Assembly: GCA_030867685.1 (NCBI GenBank)
Contig: JAQOWU010000003.1
Location: 186,001-250,000 of the forward strand
Length of the DNA: 64,000 nucleotides
Direction: 5' to 3'
From: Wickerhamiella versatilis
Lineage: Eukaryota
In this document: positions 34,285 to 44,557 of the stretch, in pieces
How positions within the stretch are numbered: the first letter of the stretch is position 1
Layout of the letters: the number at the start of each line of letters is the position of its first letter
The notes under the pieces: generated by a model
The model's database searches: none
What the model was told of the DNA's origin: nothing
The model's input: only the letters and a program-made list of their open reading frames with translations
Position numbers and translations under genes: made by a program

Positions 34285-35973
34285 TTATTTATGAAGACTA
34301 TCTCTCTTCTGAACAAACGAGATATAAAGCTTACGCGCCCATTTTCTAGTAGGTTTTCCCCACTTAATCATGGGAAACATCAAAGATATAAAGAAGAAAT
34401 CAAGTACACCAATAGATATTGTGGTGTTAGATGTTCCAATACTCTCCATCCAAGGCTCAGCAACAAAACTGAAAATAAGCGCAATTATATTGTAAATTAC
34501 CGAGACGCCAATCATGTTTTCCAGTACCATTTCTGGATAGCAATAAATAAGATATGTCACAGCGACATCACCAGAGCATGCCTGGCCAAATCCCAAAAAT
34601 CCCAGACCTACATAGGGAGCTGGCCATCGCCAGTTGTAGGCGGTACCGAATCCAAACAGGAAAAGGCCTAGCGGTGATAAAACTAGTGCAGGAAGCATAC
34701 ACCAGAGCGTGACTTCAGCTTCCTGGATTCCTTTATTTCGCCGACTCATGTGCTCCATTGCGTAGTAGGTGGAAAAAACAGAATAAACACAGCCAATAAG
34801 TACGCCAATTAGGCCAGGAACATTCATTAGACCAGTTCCAATATTCGTATAGTTCCATGGAGGAGATGTCCAGCCATCGAGTTCCCACTCCTTGTAGAAA
34901 CCAAGCCAGGCTAGTTGCGCTCCCCACTGAAGTCCGGCAAAATATACTTGAGGAATAGCGAATACTCGGCCCATTAGCCACAAGCGCTTTAGATACTGCA
35001 CGAGACCAAAGCCTTTAATATTGACAGCAGGAGTGATAAGCGCAATTCTTTGGAAGTAAGTTCGTGGCGGGTCAGGATTGGTTTTCTTCTCCTCTTGAAT
35101 AACATCGGGAAGCTTTATACTCGTGACAGAGAATTGGGGCATTACATGATGATGATATACTTCATTTTGGGAACCTCCTTTCGATGTCTTCGAACTGACA
35201 TGCGTCTCTATTCCTTCGAGTGTCTCAGTAGCTCCTTTTGTGCTGAAGTGTGCACGATCAAAATAGGACTCTTCAAGAAAAAATGCTATCAAAATCAGGC
35301 AAACACATTCGAAAATCAAACATATCCATCCAATCCACTGCCAATCTTGTTTCGCAACAATGAATGAGCCAATGAGTGCAGCCAGAAATACTGTAGCGTA
35401 CATGAGAAACGCGTATATCCCCACGATTACAATTAGTTCATGTTGGAAAAAGACATGAGTCATTGAATGAAGTACTACCGCATCCATCACCGAGCTTGAG
35501 CAGCCAAGGATAAACTGAGCCCATAGAAGATCTCTACCCTTCTCTACTTGGGTATACCAAACACTAGCAGCTATCCCAAATAGAGCACTCAAAATATAGC
35601 TGATTCTACTACCATAAAGGTAAACACTTGGTGCTGATACTACGAGCCAAACCAGCATGCCAGTATAATAAAGAGCATCAGAATTATCAATATCATTCCA
35701 GCTCAGGCCAACAGATTCTACAAGTATATTCGATGGAGTATCCGGCACTACCGAAAGGGCATTTGTGAAACCTGTAAAAAACACGATTATTCCCATGAAT
35801 ATGCCTTTTCTCCATAGAGGCCAATTGAGTGGATCGTTTGGAGAAATCGTGGGCTGAGGCTCCAGAATGATATTACCATGCTTTGCCAATCCTGCAGTAT
35901 CTGCCTGATTTCCTGCTACAATATTAAATGTACCGGGAATATAGTCTACTGCAAACGCGGCAGATTGTGCCAT
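34285..35973 (-). CDS. MFS transporter, Hol1-like
   Basis: YIPGTFNI, ILEPQPT.SPNDPLNW, FFQHE, FLEESYFDR, LQWGAQLAWL, PPWNY, YCYPEMVLE, WGK..R. Confidence 0.85.
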   Translation of the reverse strand: MAQSAAFAVDYIPGTFNIVAGNQADTAGLAKHGNIILEPQPTISPNDPLNWPLWRKGIFMGIIVFFTGFTNALSVVPDTPSNILVESVGLSWNDIDNSDALYYTGMLVWLVVSAPSVYLYGSRISYILSALFGIAASVWYTQVEKGRDLLWAQFILGCSSSVMDAVVLHSMTHVFFQHELIVIVGIYAFLMYATVFLAALIGSFIVAKQDWQWIGWICLIFECVCLILIAFFLEESYFDRAHFSTKGATETLEGIETHVSSKTSKGGSQNEVYHHHVMPQFSVTSIKLPDVIQEEKKTNPDPPRTYFQRIALITPAVNIKGFGLVQYLKRLWLMGRVFAIPQVYFAGLQWGAQLAWLGFYKEWELDGWTSPPWNYTNIGTGLMNVPGLIGVLIGCVYSVFSTYYAMEHMSRRNKGIQEAEVTLWCMLPALVLSPLGLFLFGFGTAYNWRWPAPYVGLGFLGFGQACSGDVAVTYLIYCYPEMVLENMIGVSVIYNIIALIFSFVAEPWMESIGTSNTTISIGVLDFFFISLMFPMIKWGKPTRKWARKLYISFVQKRDSLHK

Positions 35974-36052
35974 ACTTATTAGTGACTAATCTACCTTTCT
36001 TCAGTTGATATCCCGAGGTGCTCGGATTGATTACCCTTTTAGGCTAACAACA

Positions 36053-36120
36053 CTTATCTAAGATAAGGAATTGACCTTGATAAGTTTCCGAAAAAATTTA
36101 TTTTTCGGTATATATATATA
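36053..36120. promoter_or_regulatory. Upstream element of the Hol1-like gene: three GATAAG sites, everted CCG-N15-CGG palindrome, TATA repeat
   Basis: CTTATC 36053, GATAAG 36062 and 36079; CCGAAAAA-ATTTA-TTTTTCGG 36088-36108; TATATATATATA 36109-36120. Confidence 0.6.
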
Positions 36121-36810
36121 GCTTTAACATGAAAGAAATGGAACTTTCCATTTCCAAGCAGTATTTTTGGCATTAGGGACGAATGCTCAAGCAAGTTTGT
36201 CAATTTGAGAAAAAATGAACTCCGTGCGTTAACTATGCAAGACTTTGCGCTACTCTAGTATCGATTTTTACTAAATTTTTTTAGGACCAGGCTCATATGA
36301 TACTTCTGCTCACAGCGCTCTATGCAATGAGTCAAAATTGCAGGTAACAATATGTAATTATCCGTAACGGTTAATCACCATTGAGCAGACCAATTGAATA
36401 GTGCTTCAAGCAGTGCAGTGAAATGCAGTTAATGTCATTATGAGGTGAACATAGTATGCTGCTACATCATTCAAGCTATAGGTTGAGTGTCTAGTCCAAA
36501 CAAAAAAAAATTAGATGTGAGTAGAACGGACTATATAAAGAAAGATTACGTTAGAAAATGAAGCGTGAAAATGAATTGTCGTTATGAGAAAGCACGAACG
36601 TCCTAGCCTCAATAGATAATTGGAAGTTAACAAACCATTTGTCTCTGAGGTCTGGTACGTAAGTCTTTTCATAAAATATAAGCAATAGTTCATGATACCA
36701 AAAACGTCATAAAAACATTTGCAATCGTGAAAATCCCTCTTGGTTCAACGTAGAACTGTGGGCCGGAAAGAGTCAAATACCAACGTTGTCTATTGGAGAT
36801 TTCATACAAC

Positions 36811-37659
36811 TCATGCTAGCCAAGTCTTTATCACATCACGAATAGGCGGTAACGCAGGGGGGTTGTCTATCGTGTGGTGATCGAATATTTTTGATCTATC
36901 GACAGATTGGCTGCAATGAAGATACATTTTATTGACAGTGATTTTTATCAGAGATCTTGGTGTAAGATTGCCAACCATATATTGCTGTAGCAGGCGCTTG
37001 TCAATAATGATTTCTGCTGTTCCCTGAGCCCTCATGGTATTTCCTACACCAGGTATTAGAAATAGCATACCGACTTGAGGATTATTGACAATATTGTGTA
37101 AACTATCAATACGGTTATTACCTCGAACATCAGGAAGTATCAAAGTCTTCTTGTCAACTATACGAACCACACCGCTGGGATCTCCTCGGGGAGAAGCATC
37201 CAAGCCACTCGACCCAGAAGTTGCCAGAATCATAAAAGGCGAGGACTCAACAAATCTGTGGTAGGCCGGATGGATATGGTCAGACTCCTTGACGACAGCT
37301 ATTTTCATAGGATCCCCGTAGACACTCCTCAGCTGTTGAGATGACGTGACTTTGAAAGGATTTTCCCGTGGACGACTGGTTTGCAGAACACACATCAAGC
37401 CAATTATTATGGCAATTCCCCCTATGCACTGACCTGGATATTCGAAAACAATAGATTTGGAATCACTATTGCTCAACGAGATGGTGTGGCGTTTGATCAG
37501 GCCGTCCAAGCCCGAGTGATTCATGACTTGAATGGCAGTTGGTGAAAAAAGGTCATTGAAAGTTGGTACAATCAAGACGCATCCTAGGCATATCAACAGA
37601 ATCCCAGACGTTAGGTGGCTCATTTCTGCTGGAAAACTCTTACTAATTATCTCTAGCAT
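36811..37659 (-). CDS. Pyridoxamine 5'-phosphate oxidase-related FMN-binding protein (MSMEG_1061-like), bacterial-like, with a hydrophobic N-terminal extension; alternative start at 37395
   Basis: QLRSVYG.P, SPFMILAT....GLDASPRGD..G, LILPDVRGNNRIDSLHNI..NPQVGMLFLIPG.G.TMR..G.A, YLHCS. Confidence 0.8.
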   Translation of the reverse strand: MLEIISKSFPAEMSHLTSGILLICLGCVLIVPTFNDLFSPTAIQVMNHSGLDGLIKRHTISLSNSDSKSIVFEYPGQCIGGIAIIIGLMCVLQTSRPRENPFKVTSSQQLRSVYGDPMKIAVVKESDHIHPAYHRFVESSPFMILATSGSSGLDASPRGDPSGVVRIVDKKTLILPDVRGNNRIDSLHNIVNNPQVGMLFLIPGVGNTMRAQGTAEIIIDKRLLQQYMVGNLTPRSLIKITVNKMYLHCSQSVDRSKIFDHHTIDNPPALPPIRDVIKTWLA

Positions 37660-37717
37660 CGATCTTGACCTCTAGCGGCTAGGGTGGACTCACACCCATA
37701 TTAAAGCTTAAAGTAAA

Positions 37718-38299
37718 TCAATTAGTGAATATTTTTTTTAGGTGAGTAATGTATTCAGACTTGAACCGGTCAAAGTCAGGTACCTTCATCACATCGTTCG
37801 CAATGTAGGTGGGAAGAGCCTTAAGACCGACAAAACTTTGTGATTTGTGGAACGGGAGATAGACCTCGTCAACACCACGACCATCAAAAAAGTTCTCTGG
37901 TTCGATGAAAGCCTCTGCTGGAGCGTTCCAAGTGAGGGACATCATATACCGGCGCCCCTGCATCAAGCCACCCGTGCCATACTGTTTAGTTGGGTCTTCA
38001 CGCGTGCGACCATCACTCGCGTATATAGTACCAGCACCTACGGTAAATACTTCATCAATATAACGTTTCACTGTCCAAGGAAGGCCCATCCACCATCCTG
38101 GCATCTGGTAAACGATCACCTCCGACCACACGTATTTTTCTACCTCGTCCTTTGCATCGTATCCATTCCCGATAACTGTTTCCCGCAGTTCATGCCCAAG
38201 CTCTGTTAGCGTCTCTCGAGCGACTTGATGCATGCTGTGATTTAGCCTTCCACCAGAGTGGGCGTATTTCTGGCCACCATCAATCAGCAGTACCTTCAT
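37718..38299 (-). CDS. mdaB: NADPH:quinone reductase, modulator of drug activity B, bacterial-like
   Basis: AHSGGRLN, GYD..DEVEKYVW, QMPGWWMG.PWTVKRYIDEVFT, DGRTR.DP...YG.GGL, SLTWNAP, VYLPFHK, NDVMK.PD. Confidence 0.92.
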   Translation of the reverse strand: MKVLLIDGGQKYAHSGGRLNHSMHQVARETLTELGHELRETVIGNGYDAKDEVEKYVWSEVIVYQMPGWWMGLPWTVKRYIDEVFTVGAGTIYASDGRTREDPTKQYGTGGLMQGRRYMMSLTWNAPAEAFIEPENFFDGRGVDEVYLPFHKSQSFVGLKALPTYIANDVMKVPDFDRFKSEYITHLKKIFTN

Positions 38300-38574
38300 T
38301 GTGTCGTGTTGTCTTATTACATTGGTTTCTAAGAAATGAACAAACTGGACGCCGTTATGAGTAAGTTGATGACGATTCGATTCGAGCTGGATTGATCACG
38401 TGTGAAACCTTAGTTGTTCTGCGACGAAATTTCCTAACAGTACCCATAAATCTCTATAAATGTATTTCGCCACTTGCTGTATCCCATGGAAGAAAGGAGT
38501 GCCTGAATTAAGACATCAGGAGGCCACTACTATTTAAGCATATCAAAATGTTGAAGAATTACTAAAGCATTTCA

Positions 38575-39132
38575 ATGCCGACGACTGAACTGCGAGGCAT
38601 ACCACAAGTATCCATACGGATAAGCAAAGAGGACGACAACACGACAGAGAGCGTAGAAACTCTCCTAGACATCGTCAATACATCGTATGCCAAGGCCGAG
38701 GCTGGTTTATGGAAGGACTCCTATATTGCTAGAGTCACTCGTGATGAGCTGCAACAGCTCATCAGTAGTAAGAAGTTGATCGTAGCCGAGAAGCAAGGCA
38801 GACCAGTGGGATGCATTAAATATACGGGATATAGCGATGAGACAGTAGGCCTTGGAATGCTGGCAGCAGATCCCCAGTGCAGAGGGGAAGGCATAGGGTC
38901 TAGTTTGCTTTCCTTTTTCGAGCACCGCGCCATCCATGATGGATATTCTGAGATACAGCTTGAGCTACTGGAACCCCATGATGAACCCTCTGAAAGCAAG
39001 GAATTCTTAAAGGGTTGGTATCATAGGCATGGATACCGTCCTCAGCGTACAGAATCGTTCTCAAAATACTATGACCAAGCGGATAAGCTGAGATGTGAAT
39101 GTGACTTTTCTATATGGCTCAAAAGGCTTTAA
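38575..39132 (+). CDS. GNAT-family N-acetyltransferase
   Basis: GMLAADPQCRGEGIGS acetyl-CoA motif A, LELL.P, WY.R.GY. Confidence 0.82.
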   Translation: MPTTELRGIPQVSIRISKEDDNTTESVETLLDIVNTSYAKAEAGLWKDSYIARVTRDELQQLISSKKLIVAEKQGRPVGCIKYTGYSDETVGLGMLAADPQCRGEGIGSSLLSFFEHRAIHDGYSEIQLELLEPHDEPSESKEFLKGWYHRHGYRPQRTESFSKYYDQADKLRCECDFSIWLKRL

Positions 39133-39222
39133 TTATTGCAACTGATACCATGGTGCGTCCTTGATATTTATTCATATTTACTATTCTATCTATTATCTTT
39201 TAACACAGTCGCAGTGAACCAT

Positions 39223-40860
39223 TTAATCAAGACCAAAATCACCTCCAAGCCAACGCTCGAACATTTCAAGGGAGGATTCAGGCTGGTCGTAGGGCACCAT
39301 ATGACCAGCGCCGTATAAGCGGAGAAAAGTGAAGTGATTGTAGTTGCGCTTTTCGCCGGCAACAGAACCATTTGACAATACCCAGGGTGTCAGTGGGGTC
39401 TCTGCAAACTGCTTATGACCAGACCAGGGAAGCTTCCTCGTCCAGTTTTCATTTCCAACCCAGTTGCATGAAAAATCGAGGTCACCTGCATAGTACAGCT
39501 GCGGTACACCGGCCTCCAATAAATCCGTTGTTGCTCTCTGATACGGCTTCATCCAGTCCCCGTTATAGAAAAAAGAATTGTACACTGCGTGGCTCATCAT
39601 TTGGTACTCATCAATCACTTCTGTACCAAGGGACTCTTTCACAAAGTCTAAGTTTAGATATTTTTCAATGTCGTCGAACTGAGAATAGCAAAGTCCGTTG
39701 CCCTCGCATGTTTTGGAAAGATCATATACATTGCGTCCCGTATCCCTGACTGGACCCCAGGTTATATTATTGCAGTACACTGCGGCAGGAACACATATCC
39801 ATGTGGATTCGGAATCATAGCAGGATTCGATCAGTTGATTGCACTTAGGCAAGGATTCCCTCATGGTCTGGCATTGTTCTTCATCGAGAACAGCCGGATA
39901 TCCACCTTGACCGCAAGCCATCTTTTCATATCCATCATACTGGTGAAGAGGATCCGTTAGGCCATTTCCAATAAGTAGTGAGGTAAGATTAAAGCTCCTG
40001 TCCGCGTGACTGATTATCTCTCTTCCGAACACTGGAATATAATGTCCCCCGTATGATTCACCCGCAATGTGGAAGTTATTACCAAGATACTGCGGGAATT
40101 GCTGGAAAAATAGCTCCAAAAAAGCATATACGTCTTTACCTGCTTGTATAGTACTTGCAATATCTTCGCCCTCGTTATACGAATACCCAACTCCGGCAGG
40201 CTGATCAAGGAATATCATGTTTGCATTATTATTCCAAGAATGGTGGTTACGAATGGGCTTTAATTCGGGTCCTATGAATGAGGGGCCTAGTTCGAAAAAC
40301 TGGCCCAGGGAAGAGGAGCTTCCTGCACCGCCGTTAAGCCACATTACCACGGGAGAGTTCTCAGGATTATTTCTTGACTCAAAGAACCAAAAGAAAAGAT
40401 GCTTTTCCGCATGTTTTCCAATATCGAGATAGCCCGAAAACTGCCGCGTATCATCAACACCCAACTTCTTTGGGTCTTTCAGACGTATCTGGTACTCAGG
40501 AAATCTATGGGATGTGATGCGAAGGTCCCAGCTCTCTGCCTGCTTTTCTTTACTTCGTACTTGAGTTCGAGGCTTTTCCAAACAGCTTAGCATCCCTTCT
40601 GTCAACTTATGATCTCCATCCTCAATTTCTTCCATAACCATTGTCCACAGCTCGCATGCCTGTTCAGGAACAGGCTCTAATGATGCATGAGCGTTGTTGC
40701 TTATTTCAGTTAACATCCGCTCTGCATCATTGCTACAGACCTTATTTTCCTTGTTTGACCAGATGTCTAGATCAAAGAATTGTTGTGCAAATGAATCTGT
40801 ATACCTAGAATCCACACCATAGATAAATAGCAGTGCTGCTATACCCAATTTGCCAAACAT
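39223..40860 (-). CDS. Serine carboxypeptidase S10, carboxypeptidase Y-like (pre-pro form)
   Basis: FSGYLD, FFWFFESRNNP, WLNGGAGSSS, DQPAGVGYSY, GESYGGHY (Ser), GDLDFSCN (Asp), AGHMVP (His). Confidence 0.92.
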   Translation of the reverse strand: MFGKLGIAALLFIYGVDSRYTDSFAQQFFDLDIWSNKENKVCSNDAERMLTEISNNAHASLEPVPEQACELWTMVMEEIEDGDHKLTEGMLSCLEKPRTQVRSKEKQAESWDLRITSHRFPEYQIRLKDPKKLGVDDTRQFSGYLDIGKHAEKHLFFWFFESRNNPENSPVVMWLNGGAGSSSSLGQFFELGPSFIGPELKPIRNHHSWNNNANMIFLDQPAGVGYSYNEGEDIASTIQAGKDVYAFLELFFQQFPQYLGNNFHIAGESYGGHYIPVFGREIISHADRSFNLTSLLIGNGLTDPLHQYDGYEKMACGQGGYPAVLDEEQCQTMRESLPKCNQLIESCYDSESTWICVPAAVYCNNITWGPVRDTGRNVYDLSKTCEGNGLCYSQFDDIEKYLNLDFVKESLGTEVIDEYQMMSHAVYNSFFYNGDWMKPYQRATTDLLEAGVPQLYYAGDLDFSCNWVGNENWTRKLPWSGHKQFAETPLTPWVLSNGSVAGEKRNYNHFTFLRLYGAGHMVPYDQPESSLEMFERWLGGDFGLD

Positions 40861-41030
40861 CAAGCGCTTATGATATGAGCAAAGTCCCGTACTAAGTGAC
40901 TAATGCTTGTGAGTTGATAACCATTTGCTAACGACATGCGGATAGGAGCCATTAATCAGCATAAGACATTACCTTTCCAATCAGTCCCACCTTTGAAAGA
41001 AACTATTGTCCAATATCCAACTGGCAACAC

Positions 41031-42458
41031 ATGGACTCACAAGAAATCGTACAGCTCTCTGCTATAGAATTAAGCCAGAAGATCCATAAGCGTCAAGTAA
41101 GCTGCGTCGAGGTGATGGCAGCTTATCTGAAGCAAATCAAACACTTCAACCCCACGGTTAATGCAATAGTGGGGATGCTAGATGACAAAGTTCTGCTTGA
41201 AGAGGCTGAAAAGGCTGACATTGAACTTGCATCGGGTCATTCCCGTGGCTGGCTCCATGGATTCCCTATGGCTGTGAAAGACAAAGCAAACATTGTGAGA
41301 GGCCTCGTGGGAACGTCAGGACTGACGGTAAATAAAGGAAAAGTCGGAACTAGTGATTCCATTTTTGTACACAGAATCCGACAGCAAGGCGCTATTTTTA
41401 TTGGACGAACCAATATGCCCGAACTCGCACTGGGATCACATAGCTATAACAAGGTATACGGAACAACATGCAACGCCTTTAATCCCAAGTTAGCCGGTGG
41501 TGGTAGCTCAGGGGGTGCTGCAGTCGCCCTCGCTCTACGAATGTTGCCCGTGGCAGATGGGAGTGATACTATGGGTTCCCTGCGTAATCCAGCGGCATGG
41601 AACAATGTCTATGGTTTCCGTCCCACTGTAGGTCTAATCCCAGCATCAGGCTCGAATGATCTTTTCTTCAGCCCACTATCTACTGATGGCCCAATGGCTA
41701 GTAATATCGAGGATTTAAGCCGCCTCTTGACCACCATGGCAGGTTATGATTCTAGCTGCCCTCTGTCTTTTGATTATGAACATTCTGATAATGAATTTTT
41801 TGCGCAGGAAACTCCAAAAGTTGCCTGGCTCGGAGACCTTGATGGGCATCTCGCGATGGATCCGGATTTGTTGAATGAGTCCTGCCAGGCTTGTCACAAG
41901 CTCCAATCAGCCAACGTCGCTTCAGTGGTGGATCTCAGTATTGATTTCGATTTGGATACGTTATGGGATGCCTGGTGTACGATTAGGTCCTGGGCAATAT
42001 CAAATGGATTAAATGCGTTGTCTTCCGACCAGCAAGCTCAATTGAATGCTCAGGCAAAGTATGAGCTTGATTCCTCAGAGGGCCTCAGTGCTAAAGACAT
42101 ATATTGGGCTGAAACCGTTCGGAGTAGCTGGTACCGTAAACTCCTTGAATACTTCTATAAATTTGACTTTGTGGTTCTGCCCTCCACCCAAACCTGGCCA
42201 TTTCCCAAGGAGTGGACTTGGCCGACGTCGATAAACGGAAGGGCAATGGACACTTACCACCGATGGATGGAGGTGACACTCTATGCATCATTTGCTGGTC
42301 TTCCAGCAATTAGTGTCCCGGTAGGTTTTGGTGCCAATGGGTTGGCATTTGGCCTGCAGGTCATAGCGCCAAGAAAACAGGACGAAAGGCTGCTCTCGTT
42401 CGTAAAACTAATGGAGCCATTATACTTAGACTCTCGCAGGGCCTCGGTTTCACTTTAA
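41031..42458 (+). CDS. Amidase-signature family amidase, proteobacterial-like
   Basis: AVKD (Lys), GGSSGGAAVALA, DGSDTMGSLRNPAAWNN.YGFRP (Ser-cisSer-Lys triad), MDTYHRWMEV. Confidence 0.9.
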   Translation: MDSQEIVQLSAIELSQKIHKRQVSCVEVMAAYLKQIKHFNPTVNAIVGMLDDKVLLEEAEKADIELASGHSRGWLHGFPMAVKDKANIVRGLVGTSGLTVNKGKVGTSDSIFVHRIRQQGAIFIGRTNMPELALGSHSYNKVYGTTCNAFNPKLAGGGSSGGAAVALALRMLPVADGSDTMGSLRNPAAWNNVYGFRPTVGLIPASGSNDLFFSPLSTDGPMASNIEDLSRLLTTMAGYDSSCPLSFDYEHSDNEFFAQETPKVAWLGDLDGHLAMDPDLLNESCQACHKLQSANVASVVDLSIDFDLDTLWDAWCTIRSWAISNGLNALSSDQQAQLNAQAKYELDSSEGLSAKDIYWAETVRSSWYRKLLEYFYKFDFVVLPSTQTWPFPKEWTWPTSINGRAMDTYHRWMEVTLYASFAGLPAISVPVGFGANGLAFGLQVIAPRKQDERLLSFVKLMEPLYLDSRRASVSL

Positions 42459-42829
42459 CTGTCCCCGAAGCAGATATGACCTGTATTTATGCTGTCTAAA
42501 GATATTTAGTGCAGACTGTGGGGAAGCTGAGCTGCATGGATTAGATTATTAACCGTAGGTTGCTAAGCGATCACCGATCCAGTTTGAAATACACGTACGA
42601 GGCATTTCAGTGAGCTGTCATTGATTGAACAAGCGAGAGTTTTGTAGCCATATTTTTTGCCAGCTTTGCACTATGGTGGATCTGCCCTTCGCGAAAAAAG
42701 GTCTGAACACGAACCCTTAACCTTTTGACCAGCTGAGAATACTGGCTATATATATACATATTCACACACAAATGCACACAACATAACCCAACCAAAACAA
42801 CAGAAATACTCCAGTCATCACGCAACAGA

Positions 42830-44293
42830 ATGACTAGGGAAGAATTGCCTTTTGGGTGGGATAAGGTGGCTGATGTCGTTGTTGTGGGCTATGGATTCGC
42901 AGGAGCGTCTGCTGCCATTGCTGCCTCGGAACGTGACGCAACCGTATTGCTAATTGAGAAGGCACCAGAGAAATATAAAGGTGGTAATAGCAGGGTCTCT
43001 GCAAATATTCTCATGTGGGTCAACAATGTCGAAAAAGCAGAGACCCATTTCAAGGCTATGGCTGGGCCGTTCATGGATGGGATCTCAGATAAGATGTTAA
43101 GAAATTGGGCCGTAGGAATGCATGATAATCGGGCCTGGTTGAAACATCTGGGAATGAACCCCAAACCCCTAAATTGGGTAGAGTTCCCTGAACTCCCTGG
43201 CAGCGACTGTGTACAGCCCCTCCTGAATGGGAAGGTCATTGGCGAGGCCAAGCTATGGAATGTTATGGAGTCTGCTGTTTCGTTAAGACCTATTCGCATT
43301 TCATATGAAACGGCCGCGACCGAGTTAATCATGGTGAATGGCGAATGCATTGGCCTGTGTGCCAAGCATGACGGAAGGGAAATGAAGATTAAGGCGAACA
43401 GGGGAGTAGTTCTAGCCTGCGGTGGGTTTGAGAATAACCCAGTGATGACCCGGCAATTCGTCAATTGTATGTCGGATATTTATCCCCTAGGCACGCCTTT
43501 TAACACCGGTGACGGAATTCGCATGTGCCAAAAGATCGGAGCAGACCTGTGGCACATGGCAAACGTTTCAGGGCCGATACTTGCATTTAAACTTCGAAAT
43601 CTTTCGACTGCTATGTGGCTGAATTTTCCACACGAAAATAGCTATATTTTTGTGGGCCCAGATGGAAAGCGTTTCTGTAAAGAGGGCCCACCCTGCATAG
43701 TGAGTGATCGCCATGGGAAGATCAATTATCACGGCCAGTGGATTCAGCAGCAATTTCCTAATCGTATCTATCTGATTTTTGATGAAAACTTTCGGAGGGC
43801 TGGCTCGTTAGGCCAGACAACAAGTAGTTGGGAACATCACAATGATAACAATTACATGTGGAGTGACGACAACACAGAAGAGATCAGGAAAGGCTGGATC
43901 AAGAAATCTTCCTCACTTCATGACCTGGCGAACTTGATAGCCGTGGATCCTGAGGGCCTGGTCTCAACTGTTGAACGGTACAACATTGATGCAGGTAAGC
44001 ATGAAGATACTGAGTGGGGACGGAACAAGGACAGAGTTTGCCCAATCCAGCGTCCACCTTACTACGCTATGGAGCTCACTCCGGCATATGTAAATACCCA
44101 GGGTGGTCCAAGACGCAATCATTTGGCCCAGGTGGTGACTCCTGAAAGCAAGCCTATTCCCCGGCTGTACTCAGCGGGAGAACTTGGGTCGATTTATGGA
44201 TATCTCTACCAAGCTGGTGGAAATATTGGTGAATGCTTTGCCTTTGGCAGAATCGCAGGCACACAAGCAGCTGCAGAGAAACCGGTCGGTTAG
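42830..44293 (+). CDS. FAD_binding_2 flavoprotein (fumarate reductase / 3-ketosteroid dehydrogenase superfamily), bacterial-like
   Basis: DVVVVGYGFAGASAA, GGNSRVS, VVLACGGFENN, NTGDGI, G.RF..E, NTQGGPRRN, IPRLYSAGELGS, GGNIGEC..FGRIAG. Confidence 0.85.
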   Translation: MTREELPFGWDKVADVVVVGYGFAGASAAIAASERDATVLLIEKAPEKYKGGNSRVSANILMWVNNVEKAETHFKAMAGPFMDGISDKMLRNWAVGMHDNRAWLKHLGMNPKPLNWVEFPELPGSDCVQPLLNGKVIGEAKLWNVMESAVSLRPIRISYETAATELIMVNGECIGLCAKHDGREMKIKANRGVVLACGGFENNPVMTRQFVNCMSDIYPLGTPFNTGDGIRMCQKIGADLWHMANVSGPILAFKLRNLSTAMWLNFPHENSYIFVGPDGKRFCKEGPPCIVSDRHGKINYHGQWIQQQFPNRIYLIFDENFRRAGSLGQTTSSWEHHNDNNYMWSDDNTEEIRKGWIKKSSSLHDLANLIAVDPEGLVSTVERYNIDAGKHEDTEWGRNKDRVCPIQRPPYYAMELTPAYVNTQGGPRRNHLAQVVTPESKPIPRLYSAGELGSIYGYLYQAGGNIGECFAFGRIAGTQAAAEKPVG

Positions 44294-44557
44294 GTGAAGT
44301 CAGAATCTCAACATGTGTATATATAGCTAATGAATTAACGAAGCATACAGTCGCTAAATAGCATTATCTCCCACTCTCTAAGCAATCACTATTCTGTAGT
44401 CATAAGGAGGTTTTTCCCTGTCCTAATTAATGGCTATCTTGTTTAAGCTTCTCAGTATTTCTATAAAAGCAGTTATCTGGGTGCACAGTCAGGTTTCATA
44501 TAATCGCACCATAAACCGAGGAAATTTGCCGCTATCCTCGAGCCTACCCCGCAAAAT

